Shown: positions 49,000 to 55,188 of the stretch, piece by piece | Layout: every line of letters begins with the position of its first letter | Numbering within the stretch: the first letter of the stretch is position 1 | Assembly: GCA_046753625.1 (NCBI GenBank) | Contig: JBHHUB010000003.1 | Span: 1-55,188, forward strand | Source: Phycisphaerae bacterium | GTDB lineage: Bacteria > Planctomycetota > Phycisphaerae > UBA1845 | Length of the DNA stretch: 55,188 nt | Direction of reading: 5' to 3' | Program-made: the position numbers and the translations under genes | The notes under the pieces: model-generated | Told to the model about the DNA's origin: nothing | Database searches by the model: none | What the model saw: the letters and a program-made list of their open reading frames with translations, nothing else

Positions 49000-49725
49000 T
49001 TAGCGAAGGTGCGCTTCGAGCAAGTGGCGTGTTGCGCGGTCAGCTTGGCCGCCCACCACAACGGTGAGCGGTGCGTTTCCGCTCCCGGTGGATTCGTTGA
49101 TGGCCGCAACCAAGGCGCGCAGGCAAAGCCACTGCGCGGATGTTATGGAAGCTCCGCTTGAAGATGCAGTCCCCAGCCAGATACGAACGGCGTTGGACGC
49201 CTCACCGATTCTTTTCTGATCGCGCCAGCTAACATCTCGGATTGGTCGGCCGTCCGGCATAATGCGGAAATGCCATGTGTCGGATTCTTCCCCCCAGGGC
49301 GAGCGGGCTTGGCCGGATTCACTTGAGCTGGGATCACCTGGTGCGATCGGGGGCCTGTTGGCAATGGCTGAGAGCAAAGTCGAACGAGGGTGCGGGCGGT
49401 CAGGGACAACCTCGATCTCGTGCCATCGTCCGGGGTCAACCACGACATCTTGCGTAACGGCTTCTCCGGCGAGGGCGACGATGTCGGATGCGGGCAGACA
49501 GTTGAAGCCGGCAGGAAGCGACGGATCGAGCCAGGAAAGTACGGCCGAGGTTCCGGTCATCGAAACCACAAGCGCCACGAGCGTCGCAACCATCCGTGTT
49601 TGCCGTGCCATTCGTCTCCAGTTGGGCCAGCCACCGTCGGGCAGGTATTGGCCTTCTTGCATCAACCGTTCGAACCGGCGTCGATCGTCGGTCGTTTCCG
49701 GCGATCCATGCTCCCGCATACTCAT
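49000..49725 (-). CDS. Membrane-anchored protein, degenerate Amidase_2-like
   Basis: One TM helix, then RWHEIEVVP..WHFRIMPDG..WRDQ..AVRIWL..TSAQWLCLRALV; start uncertain. Confidence 0.55.
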   Translation of the reverse strand: MSMREHGSPETTDDRRRFERLMQEGQYLPDGGWPNWRRMARQTRMVATLVALVVSMTGTSAVLSWLDPSLPAGFNCLPASDIVALAGEAVTQDVVVDPGRWHEIEVVPDRPHPRSTLLSAIANRPPIAPGDPSSSESGQARSPWGEESDTWHFRIMPDGRPIRDVSWRDQKRIGEASNAVRIWLGTASSSGASITSAQWLCLRALVAAINESTGSGNAPLTVVVGGQADRATRHLLEAHLR

Positions 49726-49850
49726 GTCATCGGCTCGGTGCCGCGGAAACCTTTGAGCTTTTTGAGCCGGTCGCATGCACCGACCCACGTTGATCCTTCA
49801 TCTCGCTCGCGGTGCCGCGCCCATGTCGCTTCCCTGCGTGCCTCGCCGGA

Positions 49851-50657
49851 TCACTTGCCGCAATAGTCGATGATCCGGGCGATCTCTCGGCGTAAGTCAC
49901 GGCGATGTACGATCCGATCTACGAAGCCGTGCTGCAGCATGAATTCCGCGGTTTGGAAGCCTTCCGGCAGCTCGGCGTTGATCGTGTTGGCGATGACGCG
50001 CGGCCCGGCAAAGCCCATCATTGCGCCGGGCTCGGCCAGGATGACGTCTCCCAAGCTGGCGAAGCTGGCCGCCACGCCGGCTGTCGTCGGGTCCGACGCC
50101 ACGACCACGTAGAGCCCGCCGGCGTCGTCCAACCGCGCCAGAGCCGCCGCCGTTTTGGCCATCTGGACCAGCGATACCATGCCCTCCTGCATACGCGCTC
50201 CGCCGGAGGCCGTGATCAGAATCAGCGGCAGGTTGTCTTCAATAGCCCGCTCGACCGCCCGCGTCACCTTCTCGCCGACCACCGCGCCCATCGACGCCAT
50301 GATGAACGCGGGATTCATCACACCGAGCACGACGGATCGGCCGCGGATGAAGGCCTTGCCCACGACGATGGCGTCCTGCTCTCCGGTCTTTTGCTGGGTT
50401 GTGGCCAGGCGTTCCTTGTAGGGGACCCGATCATGGAACTCCAGCGGATCGACGGAGCGAAGGTCGTAGGCGAATTCCTCGAACGATCCGGGGTCACAGA
50501 GTTGCTCGATGCGTACGCGGGCGTTGACCCGCCGGTGGTACCCGCATTCCGGGCAAACGTGCAGCGCCTCCTCGACCTCCTTCTGATAGACCGTATGACC
50601 GCAGCTATCGCAGCGCGTCCACAGTCCGGCCGGGACGTCTATTCGTTCGTTAACCAT
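49851..50657 (-). CDS. accD: Acetyl-CoA carboxylase carboxyltransferase beta subunit
   Basis: GLWTRCDSC..VCPEC Zn finger, SGGARMQEG, FAGPRVI, FQTAEF. Confidence 0.96.
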   Translation of the reverse strand: MVNERIDVPAGLWTRCDSCGHTVYQKEVEEALHVCPECGYHRRVNARVRIEQLCDPGSFEEFAYDLRSVDPLEFHDRVPYKERLATTQQKTGEQDAIVVGKAFIRGRSVVLGVMNPAFIMASMGAVVGEKVTRAVERAIEDNLPLILITASGGARMQEGMVSLVQMAKTAAALARLDDAGGLYVVVASDPTTAGVAASFASLGDVILAEPGAMMGFAGPRVIANTINAELPEGFQTAEFMLQHGFVDRIVHRRDLRREIARIIDYCGK

Positions 50658-50753
50658 CTTGGCATCCTCAATCCGCAGGCTTCAAAGCCGCCTGCGCCGT
50701 CCTGTCGCTCGCACGCCGCAGCGTGTCACCGGGCGTGCGCCCGCTGCAATGGA

Positions 50754-51446
50754 TCAGCCGGTTTTCTTATCTGCCGACGGCTGGCATTGGCCGGCTTCAA
50801 CTTGTGTCGACGGCGATACGACGATATCGGCAAAAACGCGCTCTACCACGCAGTACACGCGGTCGCCACCATCCGTGTCCAAAAAATCATAAGCGATCGG
50901 CGCCCCCGAGCAGGAATGGCTCGTGGCCTCACACGGAACATGCTCAAACGATTCCCGCGCCAGCCCGAACGCCAAGGGCCCCAAGACCACGATCGCCGCC
51001 TTGCCGCTTAGCTTGGCCGTTGCCTTTTCGATGGCTTCGGTGATGCGCATCTGAGCCGCGGAGACCGACTCCCCTTCCGGGGGGCAGACGCTTTGAGGCT
51101 CTTCGCGCCATCGCTTGTACACCTTGGGGTAGCGCCGGTTCAACTCCTCGGAGGTCAGCCCCTCCCACAATCCGATGTCCACCTCCGCGAGCCCCGGCAT
51201 GATTTTGTGACGGGTATCGTGCGCGCCCATCAAAATCTCGGCGGTTTCCTTGGAAGCCTGTTCGTCGGCGCTGTACACGCCCGCGACCGTCAGCTCCACC
51301 AACTCCGCCGACCAAGCCCGCGCCTGGCGGCGCCCCCGGTCCGTAAGCGGCAGCGGGGTTCGACTGGACAGACGCCCCGTCGCACTCCACTCCGTTTCCG
51401 GCCAGGGGACCAACAACAAGCTGGATCGAACCGTCTGCTTGGCCAC
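50754..51446 (-). CDS. Histidine phosphatase (PGM-like) fold protein lacking the catalytic RHG motif
   Basis: LLLVPWPETEW..PLTDRGRRQA, LAEVDIGLWEGL, PPEGES. Confidence 0.8.
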   Translation of the reverse strand: MAKQTVRSSLLLVPWPETEWSATGRLSSRTPLPLTDRGRRQARAWSAELVELTVAGVYSADEQASKETAEILMGAHDTRHKIMPGLAEVDIGLWEGLTSEELNRRYPKVYKRWREEPQSVCPPEGESVSAAQMRITEAIEKATAKLSGKAAIVVLGPLAFGLARESFEHVPCEATSHSCSGAPIAYDFLDTDGGDRVYCVVERVFADIVVSPSTQVEAGQCQPSADKKTG

Positions 51447-51458
51447 ATTTGCTCCCCG

Positions 51459-52187
51459 TCACGAACTCGATCGAGCTTGCTCGGCTAGCTCGCCGAGCCG
51501 ATTCAACGCCGCGACCGGCTCCTCCTGGCGAAAGACCGCCGTTCCTGCAACGAAGGTGTCCGCGCCGGCCGAGGCGGCCGAAGCTATTGTCGCCGGATTG
51601 ATGCCGCCGTCGATCTCCAAACGCTGCGTTGCGTCCAGCCGACCGCGCAACGCCTCCACTTTCGATAGTACGTCCGGAATAAACTTCTGCCCACCGTGGC
51701 CGGGCCACACACTCATGACCAACACCAGGTCCACCTCATCGATGATCGTGTCGATGGACTCGATCGGTGTCGTTGGATTCAGCGACACGCCCACCGCCGC
51801 ACCCAAGCCGCGGATGTGGTCGACGACCGCCATCGGCGAATCCGCCACCTCAATATGGAAGGTGATCAGATCGCAACCGGCCTGGACGAAGGCCTCAGCG
51901 TAGCGCATCGGCTCCTGGATCATCAGGTGAGCGTCAAAGAACATCTGCGACGCCCCTCGGATCGATTGGATGATGCCCGCCCCGAAGCTGATGTTGGGGA
52001 CAAAATGCCCGTCCATCACGTCCAAATGCAGCAGCGTCGCGCCGCCGCGCTCGATCAGCGCCACATCGCGGTGCAGTTGCGAAAAATCCGCGGAAAGCAG
52101 AGACGGCGCAATCCGCAGGGCGGGCGACGCCAGCTTGAAGGCCGTTGGATCGCGTTTCATGTCCGGTGCCATGGCTCCCTGATTCAT
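51459..52187 (-). CDS. rpe: Ribulose-phosphate 3-epimerase
   Basis: IAPSLLSADF, HLDVMDGHFVPN, DAHLM, VMSVWPG, IDGGI. Confidence 0.96.
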   Translation of the reverse strand: MNQGAMAPDMKRDPTAFKLASPALRIAPSLLSADFSQLHRDVALIERGGATLLHLDVMDGHFVPNISFGAGIIQSIRGASQMFFDAHLMIQEPMRYAEAFVQAGCDLITFHIEVADSPMAVVDHIRGLGAAVGVSLNPTTPIESIDTIIDEVDLVLVMSVWPGHGGQKFIPDVLSKVEALRGRLDATQRLEIDGGINPATIASAASAGADTFVAGTAVFRQEEPVAALNRLGELAEQARSSS

Positions 52188-53518
52188 GCGTCGTCCAATA
52201 CCTCCAAAGCGGCGAAGGGTTTTCCTTCGAGAAACTCCAGCGACGCGCCACCGCCCGTCGAAATGTGGCTCAATCGATCGGCCACTCCAGCGCGGTCCAC
52301 GGCCGCCGAGCTGTCGCCGCCGCCCACGATGCTTACCGCCCCTCGATCGGTTGCTTCGGCCAGCGCCTCAGCCATGGCCACCGTGCCCCGGTCAAACGGG
52401 GGCATTTCAAACACGCCCATCGGTCCGTTCCAAACGACCGTCTTGGCCGAGCCGATCAGCTTGGCGAAATGCTCGACGCTGTGCGGGCCGATGTCCAGCC
52501 CCATCAAATCCGTCGGGATGCCGCCGCTGTGAACCTCGTTGACGGCATTCGGGGCCATTTCCCGCGCACAGACGCTGTCGGTGGGCAGCACCAGGCGGTC
52601 GCCCGCCTCCGCGATCAGGCTGCGGGCGGTTGCCAACAGGTCCGCTTCGACCAGGCTTCTGCCGACCGATTCACCTTTGGCGGCAAGAAACGTGTAGGCC
52701 ATCGCACCGCCGATTAGTATCGTATCGCATCGCCCCAGCAACGCTTGTATCACGCCCAGCTTGTCCGAGACCTTGGCCCCGCCGAGCAGGCACGCGAAGG
52801 GGCGTTTGGGATCGGCCAGGGCTTCGCCGAGGAATCTCAGCTCTTTTCGAACCAGCAAGCCCACCACCCGCGGTTTGCCGACCATCATCTGCGGAACCGT
52901 CAGCATACTGGCGTTGTCGCGATGGCAGGTGCCGAACGCATCGTTGACGTAGACGTCCGCCATGTCCGCCAGCCCGCGCGCGAACGCATCCTTCTGTGTG
53001 CGAAGTGAAGCGTCTTTGGCCGCTTGGGCATCCTTAATGGTCTCCGCCTGATGGAACCGGAGGTTTTCCAAGAGCACGACCTCGGCGTCAGGCCAAGCGG
53101 CGGATGCTTCCGCCCCCCACGTTGCGGGCTTTCCCGCCCCCTGAGCCGCGGGCTTCTTTGATCCCTGAGCCGCGGGCTTCAGCCCGCGCGGCCCCGCGGA
53201 TACCGCCACACCTTCCTCAACCGCCGCGACCTCGCCGCGAACGAGCGGAACGGGGCAATCCAGCAACTCCCCCAGGCGAACCGCCACCGGCGCCAGCGAG
53301 AACTTCTCCCGATCACCGGGCCGGCCCTTCGGCCGGCCGAGATGGCTCATCAAAACCAATCGCCCGCCACCTTTGCGGATTTTCTTCAACGTCGGAAGCG
53401 CCGCTGTAATCCGCCGATCATCGGTGATGCGCGATTGATCGTCCAAGGGGACGTTCAGGTCCAGCCGGACCAGCACGCGCTTCCCCCGTACCTCGATGTC
53501 GTCAATGCTCTTTTTCAT
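52184..53518 (-). CDS. pgk: Phosphoglycerate kinase with an in-frame repeat-derived insertion
   Basis: RLDLNVP, SHLGRP, LLENLRF, NDAFGTCHR, GGAKVSDK, WNGPMGVFE, STGGGASLE. Confidence 0.97.
   Translation of the reverse strand: MKKSIDDIEVRGKRVLVRLDLNVPLDDQSRITDDRRITAALPTLKKIRKGGGRLVLMSHLGRPKGRPGDREKFSLAPVAVRLGELLDCPVPLVRGEVAAVEEGVAVSAGPRGLKPAAQGSKKPAAQGAGKPATWGAEASAAWPDAEVVLLENLRFHQAETIKDAQAAKDASLRTQKDAFARGLADMADVYVNDAFGTCHRDNASMLTVPQMMVGKPRVVGLLVRKELRFLGEALADPKRPFACLLGGAKVSDKLGVIQALLGRCDTILIGGAMAYTFLAAKGESVGRSLVEADLLATARSLIAEAGDRLVLPTDSVCAREMAPNAVNEVHSGGIPTDLMGLDIGPHSVEHFAKLIGSAKTVVWNGPMGVFEMPPFDRGTVAMAEALAEATDRGAVSIVGGGDSSAAVDRAGVADRLSHISTGGGASLEFLEGKPFAALEVLDDA
53115..53193 (-). repeat. REP family A copy inside pgk (24-nt period)
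   Basis: Minus strand ggccgcgcgggctgaagcccgcggctcagggatcaaag aagcccgcggctcagggggcggga aagcccgcaacgtgggg, encoding PRGLKPAAQGSKKPAAQGAGKPATWG. Confidence 0.9.
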
Positions 53519-53568
53519 GAGGAACGATTCGCGGGATCAGCGCCTCGTAAAACCAAGTTGAGCCGCCC

Positions 53569-53702
53569 GCCGTCAGCTATCAGCGCTAAAGCGGAATGCG
53601 GGTTGATGTCACGTGACGCATCGCCGGGAAACAGGTTCTACTCCGTGTCGCGCCGAGGCTTACCGGTCGCGGGCCTCTGGCTGATAGCTGATAGCTGATG
53701 GC
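53569..53702. repeat. Inverted heptamer (GCTGATA) repeat element between gap and pgk (family E)
   Basis: gccgtcagctatcagc (53569-53584) is inverted to gctgatagctgatggc (53687-53702), 15/16; a related single arm lies at 19039-19054. Confidence 0.75.
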
Positions 53703-53724
53703 TTTTTAAACACGCTCCAATCGG

Positions 53725-54750
53725 CTACAGCGTGGCTACTTTCGCGATCAGATCGGCCGTTCGGCTGGAATAGCCCCACTCGTTGTCGTACCATGAAATC
53801 ACCTTGACCACATCGCCCCCATCGGCTGGCATGGTCATCGTACTCAGGCTATCCACGATTGAACTATGCGGATTGCCGACGATGTCGGTGCTCACCAGCG
53901 GATCTTCGCTGAATTCAAGAACCCCCTTGAGCGACCCTTCCGCCGCGGTCTTCAGCGCCGCGTTGACTTCCTCTTTCGTCACCGACTTGCCGAGCGTCGC
54001 CACCAGATCCACCAGCGAACCATCCACCACGGGCACACGAACCGCCATGCCGTTGAGTTTGCCGTTGAGCTCGGGGAGCACCCGGCCCACCGCCCGGGCC
54101 GCGCCGGTGGACGTGGGAATGATATTGACCGCCGCCGCCCGCGCCCGGCGCGGATCGCTGTGCACCAGGTCGCCGATGCGCTGGTCGTTTGTATAGGCAT
54201 GAATGGTCGTCATCAGCCCGCCGGTCAGCCCGAACTGTTCGTGCAATACCTTGGCCACCGGTGCCAGACAATTGGTCGTGCAACTCGCGTTGGAAATGCA
54301 CTGATGGGCGGCCGAAAGTTGGTCGTCGTTGACCCCCATGACGCACATCAGGTCCGGGTCGTCCTTGGTCGGCGCGCTGATGATGACTTTCTTGGCCCCG
54401 GCCTGCAGGTGATCCCCGTAGCCGCCCTTCTCGCTGGACCGCTTGGTGAACACGCCGGTGGATTCCAATGCCACGTTCACGCCCAACTCGCCCCAGGGGA
54501 GCTTTGCGGGCGCTCGCTCGCTGAGCACCTTGATCTCTTTGCCATTGACCACCAGCGCCTTCCCCGCGACATCGACCGTTCCGGCAAATCGCCCGTGGAC
54601 AGAGTCGTACTTGAGAAGCTGTTTGAGTGTGGCCGGATCGCTGAGATCGTTGATGGCCACGATGTCGAATTCCGAAGACCGCGCGGCCATCGCCCGAAAC
54701 ACAAGCCGGCCAATCCGTCCAAATCCGTTAATTCCAACGCGCACCGCCAT
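53725..54750 (-). CDS. gap: Glyceraldehyde-3-phosphate dehydrogenase, type I
   Basis: [38 protein letters not shown]. Confidence 0.98.
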   Translation of the reverse strand: MAVRVGINGFGRIGRLVFRAMAARSSEFDIVAINDLSDPATLKQLLKYDSVHGRFAGTVDVAGKALVVNGKEIKVLSERAPAKLPWGELGVNVALESTGVFTKRSSEKGGYGDHLQAGAKKVIISAPTKDDPDLMCVMGVNDDQLSAAHQCISNASCTTNCLAPVAKVLHEQFGLTGGLMTTIHAYTNDQRIGDLVHSDPRRARAAAVNIIPTSTGAARAVGRVLPELNGKLNGMAVRVPVVDGSLVDLVATLGKSVTKEEVNAALKTAAEGSLKGVLEFSEDPLVSTDIVGNPHSSIVDSLSTMTMPADGGDVVKVISWYDNEWGYSSRTADLIAKVATL

Positions 54751-54951
54751 AGTTGTTACTCCAGGAAAGAGGTCGAAAACCACCAACCGCGATCGGACGA
54801 GTCGTTCGCCATCCAACGCGCCCTCGACTGTACGTTACGGACTACGCCGAATACGGTCAAGATTATTTCGCGCCAACGGCGAGAGGTGCGTGCATCCCAT
54901 ATAGCGCGGCAAATCCGCCGACGTTGCTGGGGCCTACGGCCATGGATCTTG

Positions 54952-55053
54952 AGCCACGGAGGACACAGAGCGCACAGAGGGTGGAGGGGGTATCGATGCG
55001 CTTTCGGAAGGTACGGCATGAAAAGCTCTGCGGCCTCGGGGCACTCTGTGGCT
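54952..55053. repeat. Inverted nonamer (CACAGAG) repeat element upstream of gap (family F)
   Basis: agccacggag gacacagag cgcacagag ... ctctgcggc ctcggggca ctctgtggct. Confidence 0.7.
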
Positions 55054-55188
55054 AAACCCGTTCTCTTCAAGAAAGCGGTCCCGGCGCAGAATTCGACCGC
55101 CGGCCACCCCTGCTTCCGGTTGAAGATTGCTTCCCGTCAGGTTGACCGCGTTGGCACGATTCGATCTTGCTAATTGGTGGGGCATTGA

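Overview
GC-rich bacterial window, most likely Planctomycetota (Phycisphaerae-like), judged from the H-X9-DG prepilin-like gene and the dockerin-tailed secreted proteins. It holds about 42 CDS and one tRNA-Thr(CGT). Housekeeping genes include topA, rlmN, accD, rpe, pgk, gap, eda, a PlsC-like acyltransferase, a J-domain chaperone and an SNF2 helicase. There is also a 7-gene amino-sugar/GT-C glycosylation cluster, a pilT + pseudo-pilB + cvpA-like operon, an SPFH + Arc-repressor unit with a visible operator, and two large secreted dockerin-tailed proteins. I found no CRISPR array, integrase or transposase. Most notable: (1) a palindromic REP-like element present twice between genes and once in frame inside pgk, with a 24-nt period that preserves the frame; (2) two heavily base-paired intergenic regions (24580-24912 and 48758-48998) that look like unannotated ncRNAs, one with a tRNA-Ala-like G3.U70/A73 end; (3) an Fcl-like enzyme with an altered reductase triad beside an aminotransferase and methyltransferases; (4) several apparent pseudoenzymes; (5) at least six distinct short repeat families. 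All calls were made by eye from motifs; no searches or folding programs were run.
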